Part shown: positions 49,401 to 57,244 of the stretch, piece after piece
Layout of the letters: each line of letters starts with the position of its first letter
Numbering within the stretch: position 1 is the first letter of the stretch
From: Tubulanus polymorphus
Lineage: Eukaryota > Animalia > Nemertea
Direction: 5' to 3'
Assembly: GCF_964204645.1 (NCBI RefSeq)
Contig: NC_134033.1
Span: 8,130,655 to 8,194,654 of the forward strand
Length of the DNA: 64,000 bases
Program-made: the position numbers and the translations under genes
The notes under the pieces: generated by a model
Database searches by the model: none
The model's input: only the letters and a program-made list of their open reading frames with translations
What the model was told of the DNA's origin: nothing

Positions 49401-51208
49401 AAAATATGTACTCCCGCTAATTAAAAAAAGGCCTCAGTCATTAAATGTGATTTTTGTTTGAATTTGTTAGGTCTGTGGATGTCAATAGTTTGACTCAGTC
49501 AAACCCAGCCGTTCAAATCGATAGAGGACAGTTCTTTCATTTGGGTGATTATCAATTCATTTGCTCAATCAACCTAAAAAAAAGTCCTGGGCTTGTTGCA
49601 CAATCATTCATGTCCTAAGTCCATTATTGGTCTCAAATCTTGAAACTGGTCTTAGTTTGGGTTGTAATAGGACTAATATGGCTTCGACTGGTCTAATCTA
49701 AGTCCCGATTGTGCAGCTGGCCCGAGGTTTTGCCTTTGCTATGCTTATTTATTTACCCATCAGAAGAGTCAACGAAGTGTGATAAATTTTATATTTCTCA
49801 TCAGATCAAAGCGGAACGGTTCGTTTGCAGTCGGAGAATGATTCCAGTATGCGGTATTTATCCTTACCGTCAAACAATGAGGTATGTTATATATTCGCCA
49901 CACGTCGATTATTGATGGATGTGCTTGGGGAAGACTAACCCTCAAAGTTCCTTAAAATGCTCGAAATAGGAAATGGAATGCCAGTGTTGCATGCCATGTA
50001 TTACAGCTCAGTGACTTTTGGCACTGAAGAAAAATAACTTTTTCACAAATCCGGCACTTTGAGGCTAAAAGTTCATGTCTGTGATTATCAGGAGCATCTG
50101 TTATGAGTCAGCCACACGGAATGATCATCTCACAATTGCCTCAATACCATTTGATTTTCTAACATTTCCATGTTATGTTCATGTATATGATATATTTTTC
50201 TTCCCTTCTGTATCAAAGATTTCTTAGCAATCATATCCTGGTTCCTTTTCTATCTTTTTTAGTAACTCGATATCTTTATTTGTTGGACAAGGTCACGTGA
50301 AAGATCCTTAAGTTCCAGTATTTGAATTAAAATCAGTAGAAAAACCAACCAATCCAATCCAATGGCATTTCCTATTTAATTCAGTTCGATACTTGAAGCC
50401 ACCACACAGTTAGTTGGCCTGAGCCAAGTTACCAAATCACATACTCTCTATTGGCTGAAAAGCGATGATTCGAAGTATATTTTGAAAATGATTTTCTAGT
50501 TCAAGTAAATGCACTATATTTCAAGACCAACTGTGACAGTCATCTTCTCAGGTTTTAATGACATGTGATGAAAAAATATTTCATGTCAGTTCGAGTGTGA
50601 AATATTTTCTTAGCAGCTATATTTCGAAAAAATCATAATCATCATTTTCTTTTTAGGGGGCTGAAATGGTCGCCAATGGGCAGGTTGAATCGTCGGAGCG
50701 AACTCGGAATTTACTCGGAAATCTCGACCCAAAAACTGGACAATTTTACGCTACCGATGCGAATGCGAGCGACGGAAAAGTGATCTCGCGCACCGCCGGT
50801 TCGCGGTTCAGTGTACCAGATGCAACGCCAATCACCGAACAGGAAGAACCGGTGTCATCGACCACCGATAATAACCCTCGTGTTGTCACGTTGACCAACA
50901 ACACTCCGATGGACATATTTAGTAGCGCGCTTGCGCAGGCACAAATAGATCTCGACCCATATCAGTTTATGGACGACGAGGTGATCGCGAACAATCCGTC
51001 TGCTACTGCATCGTCGTCGTCCGGGGCAATGACCGGTCAGCAGATGGCTGCGTCGACAGGACTCGTTAGTTTATTGAACCCGGCGACAGTACCTATGGAT
51101 TTGCAGCAGTTTCAGCAGCAGCAGCAGACGGAGGCTGCAATGGAGGATGGTAGTAGTGAAGTGATGGAAACTGAGTCGTCAGGTAGGGAGTACATCATCT
51201 ACTCATAG
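10312..51208 (+). CDS. EMSY: BRCA2-interacting transcriptional repressor EMSY orthologue (multi-exon, >=918 aa)
   Basis: ENT domain (LRRLELEAY..VSAFRAQGDL..ISTERHRAEVRRAVNDE) plus EMSY-type motifs IEGRRLIPLMPRLVPQTAFT, RPASPTSNVVVLPSG, IQIKQE, SKILPKP, KPNVIVVQK; 16 exons with GT-AG ends and consistent phases; 3' end uncertain. Confidence 0.93.
10778..10852 (+). CDS. EMSY: EMSY coding exon 2 (ENT C-term)
   Basis: ISTERHRAEVRRAVNDEKLTTVAD; TTTCAG| ... |GTATGT. Confidence 0.93.
10984..12615 (+). mobile_element. Helentron/DINE-like non-autonomous element (outer, degenerate), interrupted by 11045-11950
   Basis: TTAGCTCCG start, CGGAGCTA subterminal IR near 12580; interior similar to 46918-47995 family. 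Confidence 0.5.
11045..11950 (+). mobile_element. Helentron-associated (HINE/DINE-1-like) element with 146-bp internal tandem array
   Basis: TTTTTAGCTCCGCT subTIR and inner IR AGCGGAGCT, GTCC microsatellite, units at 11198/11344/11490/11636, 3' CGGAGCTA plus hairpin AAGCCGACAGGCTT then CTTGTT. Confidence 0.8.
12776..13465. repeat. Compound inverted repeat (foldback MITE remnant)
   Basis: 12788-12900 is the reverse complement of 13187-13305; 12993-13040 is the reverse complement of 13420-13465. Confidence 0.7.
13851..14186. mobile_element. PIF/Harbinger-like MITE
   Basis: ~45-bp TIRs (GCTGAGCTCGGGTCGACTTAC / GTAAGTCGACCTGAGCTTAGC), TAA TSD. Confidence 0.75.
14364..14539 (+). CDS. EMSY: EMSY coding exon 3
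   Basis: MCGPNVSSEWMIEGRRLIPLMPRLVPQTAFT; ATCAG| ... |GTAAGT. Confidence 0.93.
15280..16195 (+). mobile_element. Helentron/DINE-like element with ~145-bp internal array (AAGGTCAAGGTC motif)
   Basis: GTCY microsatellite at ~15345-15367; units at 15479/15625/15770/15914/16060; 3' GGGGCCAT subTIR, GTCG-TCAG-CGAC hairpin, CTAGTTT end. Confidence 0.75.
16523..16645 (+). CDS. EMSY: EMSY coding exon 4
   Basis: RLARPASPTSNVVVLPSGMSIHIK; phase 1-1, AG/GT ends. Confidence 0.9.
16670..16813 (+). repeat. 76-78-bp minisatellite, left part (split by DIRS copy 1)
   Basis: GAGGATGTGTCTACT..GACAAGGGTT.GTACT.TGA.AGTCTCATGATGTTATCAGTTTTGAATCCCTGCTGAGG units; continues at 22930-23075. Confidence 0.85.
17158..19407 (+). 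CDS. DIRS Gag-like protein (N-terminal Cys/His zinc-binding region, RS-rich linker)
   Basis: MPPPP..CGH..DNHDSCASC..C..PCNIC..W; first ORF inside the ITRs. Confidence 0.88.
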   Translation: MPPPPKGQHRGGEGCGHLFGAWDNHDSCASCRRKSGQICARSNPCNICVVWSEDLWLRADKALKLRDRRRVSRDSSVSADVPTDVSNPVSYRKAERSPVVQVRSASQLRSPGKNAGSPAPVSGHSPVSGRSPVRPVRPVQTTCSEPSARRGSRERPAPVRSVPVRSGSGIGPVRSGSATGPVQTSSGTKHPVRSSSDSDRRSGDRARSPTRFRRRERNKRARSPSRRSRFDRERDYDRYCRKFRRRSSHRSSTSVSDESDSSSRSRSRSRDRHRSRHDRRDTGKYLTQKDFHVFEEKILNLLSSSQQVAATSTTGKPIPDCPVRSSPAHSVFRNSDSEFLDAAVGSDFNEDPVPEAAIPSGVVPVASNCGLPQTMGASLARNVSPSRSVLSEPAGDMPFRAMISEFFVKHGATRAKPTAAPLVGESMEAYRPPDSDLNVLRESSAVSREWARLDTQLWGECRPGTFSFPPPERGMKSGKYFSSTDPPIGAFRSAYYATPGAVDHSHNCLDADYTLISPDTVTAQSGIRLPKSGLVAMTSILDNLTRVGSFQDMALKVLTGELRETHAAVHAGSDPESVALKLEGMDRIIQSLARSVSHVIPLSVRGQANLVLASRQSVMDSSAKTRLPDMVSNALLRAPLGTSSRLFSGWCAPVSAELRKIREVQAKSNPRTPWKKRSGPTPAAQGSARTQTGPSQTSALSQAASDAGWRTSAQLQQSCQASSGRNSSGSYRGKGKAPKRGSSFRKNSK
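19274..21445 (+). CDS. DIRS Pol: reverse transcriptase, RNase H and Dam-like methyltransferase
   Basis: LDLKDAYFQVPI, LPFGL, YLDDWL (RT); FTDAS..GWGA, HINFLE, TDN, ADALSR (RNase H); DLFA..N, DAFSLDW, YAFPP (MT). True start uncertain. Confidence 0.96.
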   Translation: MPVGELARNFNNRVKPRPVVTVPVRIEARGRLQKGALPFGKTRNEFLGPVGGCLQQAATHWSDLFGDGWPSRVVSRGYRLRFLRRPRLMRSPPDMRPKPGQEALISPALKELAEKGAIEPVCNETSPGWFSRIFMVPKATGGQRTVIDLSSLNRHLDIPRFRMTKPKDVIQGLRPGQWAASLDLKDAYFQVPIHPKSRRFLRIKWKGRQFQFRSLPFGLSTAPWVFTKLVKSVQKVLQSRGVRLFVYLDDWLIVANSAQECREAMTSVLDLVHQLGFRVNREKSQLTPAQQFTYLGMDFDLRIGKVFPSMVRVAKLQEAVAGVSTTPRTARYWSRLLGSISSMGLVVPLGRLRSRRLQQYWKVFWSQSKGNWEALIPVPPTDLSPDLQWWAATTNLRLGVSLAPLEAPVRVFTDASHQGWGAHLENRVKAGKWSRYEATNHINFLEMLAVWKALKFFHRRVEGHHVWLATDNSTVRAYLQNQGGTHSETLTGLSAKILLWCQTKGVSLTVAHLAGKRNVMADALSRRGQAIATEWVLHQEVADRVRGIFGNPLLDLFATRFNRRCPLFVSPFPDAEAWGVDAFSLDWSGMHAYAFPPTPVLPRLLDQIERSVNCNIVLVAPCWPAQKWFLPLLNLLCDNPRILPNFPSLLSQGIFRHHPNSQWLNLLAWPLSSDPCQLQAFQNRLPPLSQDLSGHQQVPFTMPSGVILRIGVLQGKLIHAHPL
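19429..22356 (+). CDS. DIRS tyrosine recombinase ORF overlapping pol
   Basis: C-terminal ~350 aa has YR residues (ARRSEI, CPVRAL, HQVRS, FWNS, FYLR); frame open across the whole pol ORF. Confidence 0.93.
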   Translation: MSAAGSNPLVRPLWRRLALPGRLSGLPSPFPKATAPDEVTSRHAAKTRSGGLNLSGSQGTGREGSDRTSLQRNFSRLVFSNIHGTKGHRGSTDSDRSVIPQSAPRHSKVPDDQAQGRDSRAPSGSMGGFIGPERCLLSGSNSPKISAISQDKVERPPVPIQVSSIWPQYGPVGFHQVGQVSSEGTSVKGCSTVRLPRRLVNSREFGSGMSGGNDLSLGLSPSARVPRKQGKISVDAGPTVHLSRHGLRSPNRQSLSVYGSSGQTSRSCSGSVHNPENSSLLVTASRLHQLHGSGGALRPPQKQALATILEGLLVSVEGQLGGLDSRTSNRSKSGSSVVGGHYESSARGVTSPVRGSSSCIHGCQSPRLGGTSGEPSQSREMVSLRGHQPHKFPRNAGRVEGPEVLSQESGGPPRLVSHRQFNSEGLPSEPRGHSLRNPHRSVGQNSSLVPDKGRVPDCGTFSREKERDGRCSVSSRSGYCDRMGSPPRSSRSGSGHFWQSAAGSVCHPVQSEVSSVCVPVSRRGSVGGRCLLSGLVGDACVCVPAHTSPAALTGSNREISQLQHSSGSTMLAGSEMVPTTSQPTVRQPQDSSEFPIASVSGDLSASSKQPVVKSARLAIVQRSLSASGFSEQAASFIAGSKRPSTSTIYDAKWSHFADWCAAGEIDPCSPSVAQLADFLLHLFVAKGLQVITIKGYRSAISHTLRASGWPNVAGDHRISQLVAGFSISRPRVTRTVPPWDLSVILKKLMEAPFEPLSAASFANLSKKTVFLLFLACSARRSEIHALSVRPGHIVFGPANEFVSLRPALEFLAKNQRPGSVGRQWRIEALKHRVEPGIPDRTLCPVRALCFYLDRSASRRGSRERLFIPLLDHLKGDISRDTVARWVSSMIKDILLKENLSSEGVVSHQVRSMATSCAAFSGAPLEEVCRAAFWNSPSTFTSFYLRDVSGQLGSLASLGPVVMAQGVRSFRSDPLV
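22930..23075 (+). repeat. 76-bp minisatellite, right part
   Basis: Resumes TTTTGAATCCCTGCTGAGG exactly where the left part broke off. Confidence 0.85.
23119..23366 (+). CDS. EMSY: EMSY coding exon 5 (acidic then RKRKR NLS-like)
   Basis: GLNTDDEEEIRGRKRKRSSS...SAPSQK; phase 1-0. Confidence 0.88.
23825..24062 (+). CDS. EMSY: EMSY coding exon 6
   Basis: VILVSSSPSG...; TTTTAG| ... |GTTAGT; phase 0-1. Confidence 0.82.
24461..24606 (+). mobile_element. Penelope-like pLTR / retrozyme-type insertion
   Basis: Flanked by 12-bp direct repeat CACCACCCAAAT (24449-24460 / 24607-24618); contains a hammerhead core. Confidence 0.65.
24505..24552 (+). ncRNA. Minimal type-I hammerhead ribozyme motif (Penelope type)
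   Basis: CTGATGA-T-GGCTAAC-AGTT-GTTAGCC-GAAA-CGTC: both core boxes, 7-bp stem II, palindromic ACGT stem III; stem I weak. Confidence 0.6.
25661..25873 (+). CDS. EMSY: EMSY coding exon 7 (alternative in-frame acceptor at 25646)
   Basis: GNNSSIAMG...KPTIQIKQEGG; AAG|GTAAGA. Confidence 0.82.
26275..31847 (+). mobile_element. DIRS1-like retrotransposon copy 2, defective
   Basis: High identity to copy 1 with ITRs and ICR (~31534-31632); ~520-bp gag deletion near 27146, +1 frameshifts near 27481 and 29608, TGG>TGA at ~30176. Confidence 0.96.
26614..31272 (+). pseudogene. Disrupted gag/pol/YR of DIRS copy 2 (YR domain region still open)
   Basis: ORF pieces 26593-27270, 27282-28322, 28189-31272 and 29612-30178 match copy 1 proteins in shifting frames. 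Confidence 0.9.
32056..32211 (+). CDS. EMSY: EMSY coding exon 8
   Basis: GMKIITH...SKILPKPSS; AACAG| ... |GTAAGT. Confidence 0.88.
32359..33239 (+). mobile_element. Internally deleted hAT-like transposon with a transposase N-terminal remnant
   Basis: 12-bp TIR CAGAGATGCTAG, 6-bp TSD TGTCTG; ORF 32814-33011 (KNKFNWHWLE..YIRK..AYCVVC) resembles a hAT N-terminal zinc finger. Confidence 0.75.
33438..33658. mobile_element. hAT-like MITE (CAGAGCTGCCAACC TIR)
   Basis: TIRs CAGAGCTGCCAACC / GGTTGGCAGCCCTG; TSD CATGTT / CGTGTT. Confidence 0.75.
34057..34203 (+). CDS. EMSY: EMSY coding exon 9
   Basis: ASQLAGKVFNITTQGGKVVATKSSPNVVTVNPKTLQITAVK; phase 1-1. Confidence 0.85.
35010..35450 (+). repeat. 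Degenerate ~19-bp minisatellite, with a fragment of the 59425 MITE at ~35074-35160
   Basis: GTTATCTTGGAGTTGAATG-like units; 35074-35135 matches 59470-59532. Confidence 0.6.
36393..37508 (-). CDS. Intronless TALE-class homeobox protein (spiralian-specific TALE/SPILE type), nested antisense in an EMSY intron
   Basis: C-terminal homeodomain RRLFGKRTVCILKSWYRCNERHPYPSPREITILSNATALTTDQVRKWFANKRVR with the TALE PYP loop; upstream helical block resembles a PADRE-type domain; ATG at 37508; AATAAA on the - strand at ~35511-35516. Confidence 0.88.
   Translation of the reverse strand: MADSSSNPTTSGEEREVFLDDSGYDSADKTGAKYVNSTAIPSEIADSTTVTVEPDSTGVEVSAPTTPETTDRLQFGADETFIRQRDSVGEAYSTIIISPEQPNKTYTVLGGIKPLNSTSTNYADKGSLNRCQIRRPYSNWQYATGRNAPSTGTHYPMNARTPSDILNSFAINPEFGDLYATLMDDTPRVSYPYELMRMLLHDLETRLNDVTSSVELMFEALMQRADDLTSLMDLYAFYEYQHREIDYEHVERCGHITYVADADRLKRDFLSEKLRLVERVKRSLDYVAYSATRKPTTVLPCGSESKRRLFGKRTVCILKSWYRCNERHPYPSPREITILSNATALTTDQVRKWFANKRVRSHATFTNNNNK
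38095..38256. mobile_element. Small hAT-like MITE
   Basis: CAGGGTGGCTAC / GTGGCTACCCTG; TSD TTTAT. Confidence 0.65.
39150..39335 (+). repeat. Dispersed repeat (possible SINE body), also at 46270-46445
   Basis: Shared CCCATGGACTGCATG...GGCAATTGTGCC..GAGCAGACTGTATCC.GTGGTCAT...TTTAGGAAAGT. Confidence 0.6.
39403..39506 (+). CDS. EMSY: EMSY coding exon 10
   Basis: KPNVIVVQKAQSAKG...GTPFEK; phase 1-0. Confidence 0.88.
39847..39957 (+). CDS. EMSY: EMSY coding exon 11
   Basis: ELVSFIRQDVG...DNSRR; TATAG| ... |GTAAGT; phase 0-0. Confidence 0.75.
40485..41968. mobile_element. Tc1/mariner (pogo-like) MITE
   Basis: TIR CCGTATTTTCCGGTGTA.AAGTCGA, TA TSD, internal CGACTTATACACC repeats. Confidence 0.85.
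40793..41628. mobile_element. hAT-like MITE nested in the Tc1/mariner MITE
   Basis: CAGGGGCGGATCCAG / CTGGATCCACCCCTG; 5-bp TSD ATGAT; many GGGCAC repeats. Confidence 0.8.
43126..43318 (+). CDS. EMSY: EMSY coding exon 12
   Basis: IETRTLS...SSVLAELIHAV...; phase 0-1. Confidence 0.78.
43589..44469. mobile_element. hAT-like MITE
   Basis: CAGGGTTCGTAGC / GCTATGAACCCTG; CCTTGAA subterminal repeats. Confidence 0.7.
44471..45269. mobile_element. hAT-like MITE abutting the previous one
   Basis: 14-bp perfect TIR CAGTGTTCTCCATT / AATGGAGAACACTG; TSD not clear. Confidence 0.7.
45901..46030 (+). CDS. EMSY: EMSY coding exon 13
   Basis: LNEWVDYDVGDDE...SISES; phase 1-2. Confidence 0.78.
46918..47995 (+). 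mobile_element. Helentron/DINE-like element
   Basis: TTTTTAGCCCACTTGGG subTIR with inner IR, GTCC microsatellite, ~150-bp repeats, 3' CCCAAGTGGCC plus hairpin plus CTAGTTT. Confidence 0.78.
48092..48605. mobile_element. hAT-like MITE with 6-bp TSD
   Basis: CAGACCTGCCAAC / GTTGGCAGGTCTG; TSD TCATAA. Confidence 0.82.
49471..49544 (+). CDS. EMSY: EMSY coding exon 14
   Basis: SVDVNSLTQSNPAVQIDRGQFFHL; phase 2-1 matches its neighbours. Confidence 0.65.
49805..49881 (+). CDS. EMSY: EMSY coding exon 15
   Basis: QSGTVRLQSENDSSMRYLSLPSNNE; CATCAG| ... |GTATGT; phase 1-0. Confidence 0.68.
50657..51208 (+). CDS. EMSY: EMSY coding exon 16 (may splice at 51182|GTAGGG or end at TAG 51208)
   Basis: 180-aa ORF in phase with exon 15; GNLDPKTGQFY and DIFSSALAQAQIDLD motifs. 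Confidence 0.78.
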   Translation, partial: GAEMVANGQVESSERTRNLLGNLDPKTGQFYATDANASDGKVISRTAGSRFSVPDATPITEQEEPVSSTTDNNPRVVTLTNNTPMDIFSSALAQAQIDLDPYQFMDDEVIANNPSATASSSSGAMTGQQMAASTGLVSLLNPATVPMDLQQFQQQQQTEAAMEDGSSEVMETESSGREYIIYS

Positions 51209-52881
51209 TGTATGTACGTGTGTGTTAAGCAGTTGCATCATTGCGCAGTGTTGTTATTTGACTCCATAGGCCTGATTAAATATGAAACCTAATACGGTCA
51301 ACCCCCGCTAACGACCACATCGGTGCTGAATGATTTTGTTTTACTATGTATTTTCTTTTAGATGTACATAGCGGTAGGCTATATCGGGGTTCACTGTATC
51401 ATTTAACTTGTGAGTTAAAAATAACCCAAATCTATGGAACCTGGCCCTGGTCGTGCTAGTTGAGGGAAGGGCATCAGGCTTGATTTCTTCACACGAATTC
51501 AATCAAGATCGAATTAACCTAGCATGATTTTCAAATTAATAAAATTTGTCAAATTGATAAACGATCACATGAACTGCAGCTGTTAGTAGGGTTGGAGTAG
51601 ATCGCATTATAGTACAGTACCTCAATTCGATTTTTAGCATGATGACATTTCGGAGACTAGTAGATCACAAACACATCTTCATAATCAGAAACAGTTTCAT
51701 TAGGTCATATCTCCACAGTTCATGGTTGAATGTTTGATTCTTAGAGTTAAAACTAAAAATTCAACTGTAGCATAGGATCTTAGGACTGCTAGCCAAATTG
51801 AATATAAAACAGACAATGGCAGAAAACCTACAGGCTTGTAACTTAAGATGTCAGTTATCTGCTTAGAAATCTACTGGAAGCATGCACCCTGCATGTATCA
51901 ATCTTCAGCCCTGGCCCACCCCACTCAGATATTTGATTCTTTATCACCACTCATCCAATTTTCAACTGCCATGTGTTCAGGATGTCACCATTGTGAATCG
52001 ACAATGAATGGCAAAGACTTGACTTAAAAAGACAATTACTGTCAACCTGTACTGAGACAACCTAGAAGTAGGCATAAAGATGCCTCTTTTTATGAAAACA
52101 ATACAATACGAATGTCTGAAGGGTGTGTGGGCTGCAGGTTGATACATGCAATTTAATTGCATTAGTATGATCAGCCTCAAAAACAAGAAGTCTTGAGTCA
52201 TTTTGCAGAGTCTCATGACGGTCATCAGGTTCAAATATTCCCTGTTACTGTGGAGTTGTGTCCCTGTTGCCGTGGAGTTGTTGGTTAGGTATAAGTTTTC
52301 AAGTATTGCATTTTTATTGTGTATTTCGTGTTATTGTGACCTTTTGATTCAGTAGTCATTGAAATATTTCATCAGTGTATTTAGAGGTCTTGACAATTAT
52401 TAATAGTTCATATAAACCATGATATTTTTGTTGGACATCGTAGTCCACCTATCGAATCAGCAGAGGCATTGGTTTTTATTCGGCTAGCCTACATGTGTGA
52501 GTATTCTTCAGACTGTGTTCACTGATGATTAAAATCAGTTGTGTTGGTTCAGTTGTCTTCAAAAACAATCAAAGCATGAAGCCATGTTTTAAGTGAGTGT
52601 TTGAAAGTCATAACTCAGTCGCAGTTTATAACGATGTGAATATTATTCAGACTGAGTTCATCGATGATTGTATGAAATCATATGCGTTTAGAAAGTTATG
52701 CAGTATCATTGGTTCCATTTTCTTCAAAATGAATTAGCAATCATGAAGCCATGTTGAGGTTTTTTCGGTGACATGATCAGTGCGTGTTGTGTTAACGGAA
52801 GTCACAGTCATGAAGTTTCAATATATGATTGCAAAATTCAATTAAATAAGTATGTGTCGATTGACCGATTTTGATAAAAAT

Positions 52882-55800
52882 CTTTTTAGCCCACTTGGCC
52901 CTAGAGGGCTATTGCATTCACTTTTTAGCCCACTTGGGACTTTAATCCAAGCGGGTTATTGCGTTCACTTTTCATCCGTTCGTTGGTCCGTCCGAAGTTT
53001 TAAAAATGCTTCAGTGTAATCTCTTGATATTTGGGATACACATGTTTCTACCCTAGACACATCTTCAGCCAAAAAAATGGCTTTCTCTGAATCAAGATGG
53101 CCGACTGGCAGCCATTTTTGTTTCGCAAAAATCAGCTCTTTTTACGCATTTTTGGCTCGCGTTAGCCTATGTCAACGGTCTGGCCGATCGATAATCATTC
53201 ATATGCTTAATACACTACGCTCGAAGCTATTTTTAGCACACTCAAACGCAATTTCAGTAGCCTGTCATTTCATCACTAATGGGTGAATTGAACGGATTAA
53301 GCAAAAATATATTTCGTAATTGGTTTCTCTTTATGGTGCACAAAGTTGAAAGCCGTGGTTTTCATATTTTTTGAGAAATTAACCAAAAAATATAAAAAAT
53401 TCGATTTATTTGAGCACGTTTTTTTTTATGCAGCATCTTTGAATGTCCAAAATAACACATGTGAAAATTCAATGCGATTTGCGTTGGAAGAACTTTATAT
53501 CGCCAAGATTCGACGCTTAGTTCGGTAGGTATGGGATTTCAAAGACGAAACCCCTCAAAATCTTGGTTCTATAAAATTTTTGGTGACTCGGTTTTGACTT
53601 CCATCATGACGTCATAACATTGAACGAGGTGGATCAGCTTGTGCGCGTTATTTCACAAACAAAATGGCGGCACGAAAATGTGGTTTCGAAATGCGGAAAT
53701 TTACTTCCGTGTTCGCCACACGGCTGATTTACTGATAGCATCGAATTTTTAGAGATGAGTCTGGTATTAACGACTGGAATACTTGTTTTATCATCATTAA
53801 TTTAAGTCATTTTATTAACGTTCGCATTAGCAATCCATTTTGGAGCCTGATTATTAGTATTAGTTTGTTAACTGCTGCACAGTAGAGCGTTTGCGTTGAA
53901 AACAGTCGTGTACAGTGGCGTAGGCAATATCGCCTTATACTCTCATGTTCACTGCGTGTATGTATCAGTTATAGAGTACGCGCGCCACGGTATAGGTCGC
54001 GCGTAACAACGATTTGTCTGAGTGAAGATGTAAGCTACTTAAAGCAAACCTATCGTGAATTTATTATCTCAGTTGATAAACTTTGTTTCGTCAGTAACCG
54101 GCACTGACTGGCCTCAAATTTGAAGAACTTCTGTCCAGATTGGTCCGTGTGATAAAAATGAAAAAACCTCCGATGAAACCCAGGCTCTCACCAAGTTTGT
54201 ACCGTATCTTATCTGGTCACTCATAGTTTTAGTTGTTTTACATCATTCAAGGGATGTATTACAATTGTGAACATTTGTTCAGACAAAAGGCCCATAATCA
54301 ATTTTTCGAAGATTTCATTCTCGGTAAAAGTCAGTTGGGCTATATTTAAAAGTTCACACTGACCAAAATTGAGTCCTTTTTTATATATTTTTTTCTTGTT
54401 TAATTTAATGCATATCGGTAGCCTAAGTGACAGATTTTTTTACTTCACACCAGTTTGGCGAGCCACTGGACCATTGGTCCTTTATTTAAGTTTTCGAGGA
54501 AAATTTTGAAGACGCTTTGATCAGTTTCCTTGATCTTCCGTATGTATTTGAATATCCCAAGGCCCATTAAGCATAAGGAACATTTGGTCGTTCGGACTCA
54601 AGATGGCCGTCCTATGACCTATTTTGTGCCCATAAATGTATTTGTGCCAATATTTGTGACAATTATTTTGGCCTGAATTCTGAGTCCTGTAGCTACCTTT
54701 TTCATTGCAATTTGTAATGTGTATTCTTTGGAAAGGGATCTTTCATACCAGACAGGTATTTTTGATCAGCCAATTATCGCGCAAATGGCGTCCATGTTGG
54801 TGTCATCAGTACTCATTCATAGGTGGAAAAAAGTTTTTCCACATTATATTGATATTTTTTTACCACAATCAATTGGAAACTTGTAGCTCATAACTTGTTC
54901 TATGATTGTGGTTAGTTTCATGGTCATTGGTTTTTGTGTATGGCCACTTGGGGGCGTTGAATAATACAATTACTTAGTTTTTCTATATTATATTTGTACC
55001 TATGCATATTTTGTTTCCTCAATCCAAAATCCAATATAGATCATCAATCATTTTTGACTAAAGTGCCAATAATCTGGCAGAACCATCCAAATACAATTAA
55101 GTCCTCCCCTTCTATTAATTCACCAATAATTCACTTCAAAAAACTAACCCTGGCGAAATATTAACAATTCAAAACTAATTCCTCATGATATCACTAAATT
55201 GTTATTCCTGATGGTCAGCTTGATAAGAAGATGCTTCATATAAACATGTCATGTCTCATTTCATCCATCTCATGTAGTATCCTAGTAATCTTTTCTTTCT
55301 TTTTTGGGTACAGTCACCACTTGGCATGGTCCAAAGTTGTTACAGCCTGTGGGCTCTGTGACTGTACCCTCACTTATCGATGTAAACTCCGCTTTTGTAT
55401 TGATTATTTCATTATCTTTAAGTGAAAAATCAATTGTTATTATTATTATTATCAATCAATTGCGAAGTTGTAGCTCATGACATGGTCTATGATTGTGGTG
55501 AGTTTCAAGGTCATTAGTTATTCTATAATGGTCACTTATTCTATAATGGTCACTAGGGGTTGTTGAATAGTAGAATAATTTAGTATTTCCTTATTATATT
55601 GATACCTAGGCATATTTCGTTACAGTACCATGGTCAATTGCAAATTTGTAGCTCATGACATGTTCTATGATTGTGGTGAGTTTCAAGGTCATTGGGTTTG
55701 CATATGGACGCAAGGGCCTTGAATAGTAGAGTAATTTAGTATTTCCATATTACATTGGTACCTAGGTACCTACATATTTTGTTATCACAATCAATTACAA

Positions 55801-55955
55801 AATCATAGCTGCTGACATGTTCTATGATTGTGGTGAGTTTTGAGGTCATTGATTTTTGTATATGATCACCAGGGGCGTTGAATATTGAAATTGTTAGATT
55901 GTTGAGCATTTGAAACCACTTCCCAACTGGGCATGGTGTCCCTGGACCCCTATTG
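52882..55955 (+). mobile_element. Helentron/DINE-like element (same family as 46918-47995) with nested insertions
   Basis: Duplicated TTTTTAGCCCACTTGG start; 3' CCCAACTGGGCATGGTGTCCCTGGACCCCTA; internal ~150-bp repeats. Confidence 0.72.
53149..54487 (+). mobile_element. Second Helentron-like element nested in 52882-55955
   Basis: TTTTTGGCTCGC ... GCGAGCCA subTIRs and 3' hairpin GGACCATTGGTCC; the host element sequence resumes afterwards. Confidence 0.6.
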
Positions 55956-56405
55956 TCTTCAAGAGAGATTTTGTAGATACCTTGATCAAATGTCTTGATG
56001 TTTCATATGTTTCCTCCTAGAGCCCATCATCATTAGAAAATATTACGTCGATCAAGTATTGGATGTTGGTCCTGTCACCTTTTTGGCACAAGTAGGGTCA
56101 TTTTAAGTGTCAATTCGGAGGCCTGTGAGCTTGTTAGTGGTTTGTCATATTTCATTGAAATTTGTGATGGGGATACTTTGAGACGGATCTTCAAATGGGT
56201 TTTTGATCATCGGCAGCCATCTTAGTCCAGTCAGTCTTTGTTCGTAGATGGAAAATATGTTTTACAGGTTTTTCACAGGTTTTATCTTATAGTCCTGATA
56301 TTTGATAACACTGTTATAGGACACATCTTACATTGATTTGGGATTAGGCCTATCCAGAATTTGTTCTCACCACCATGAGGAATTGGATACTCAATTACAC
56401 ACTTG

Positions 56406-57244
56406 CAGAGCTGCCAACCGTCCTGCATTTTGCAGGACAGTCACAGAATTTCATTGTAAATATCAAATCCAAGTCAATTTTAACTCATCGAACAAGGTAA
56501 AACCGCAAATCCAATTCAATTATGTTTTATTGAGCAAATTTCAGATAATTCAATTCTATTCCGCATTCAAATCAATAAGACCAAGGGAAAAAGATTTATC
56601 TGAGGTATTTGTTCCTGCCAGCTCCAGTCACTGTCTGTGCTACTTATGGAAATACGTTTGAAATGTGTAAATCATTAGCTTGGGATTGACTAGTCTATGA
56701 GCTTGGAGTGTATTTGGACAAATTTAACCCACAGAATGCATCATTTGCCATTTTATGAAAAGCCGACAGGCTGGCCATAGTGCCCCTTGGGGCTCTTGTT
56801 TATTAATTTCAATGTTTTCAATGCAAAGTTGGCTCTTTTTTTTAGCAGTACGGGACTAAGTAATCGATATACGTCGCGAGTGTATATAATTAAAGGCAAG
56901 AGTTCACTGTGGCGCTAGCAGTCAGTACTCCAGGCATGATATAATATGGCAAGTGAACATTTTGGGGTAGCAGATGGTACTCAGGAATGATTTAATATGG
57001 CAGGTGAAAACTGTGGAGCTAGCAGTCAGTACTAAACTTTCCCATACATTGAGTTAGATTTCCTGTCCGTGAATTTTGAGAAACGTTCATTCATGATGTA
57101 GCTCACCTCACCTGGGCACAAGATAAGTGTTTGTGGTTGATTTTAAGTTTAAAAGCTGAGATGCTGAAATTTTTGGAAAATTGATGGCTGTCCCGAATGG
57201 GCATCTCTGTCCCTCAAAACAATTTTCAGGGGTTGGCAGCTCTG
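56406..57244. mobile_element. hAT-like MITE with 6-bp TSD
   Basis: CAGAGCTGCCAACC / GGTTGGCAGCTCTG; TSD CACTTG. Confidence 0.82.
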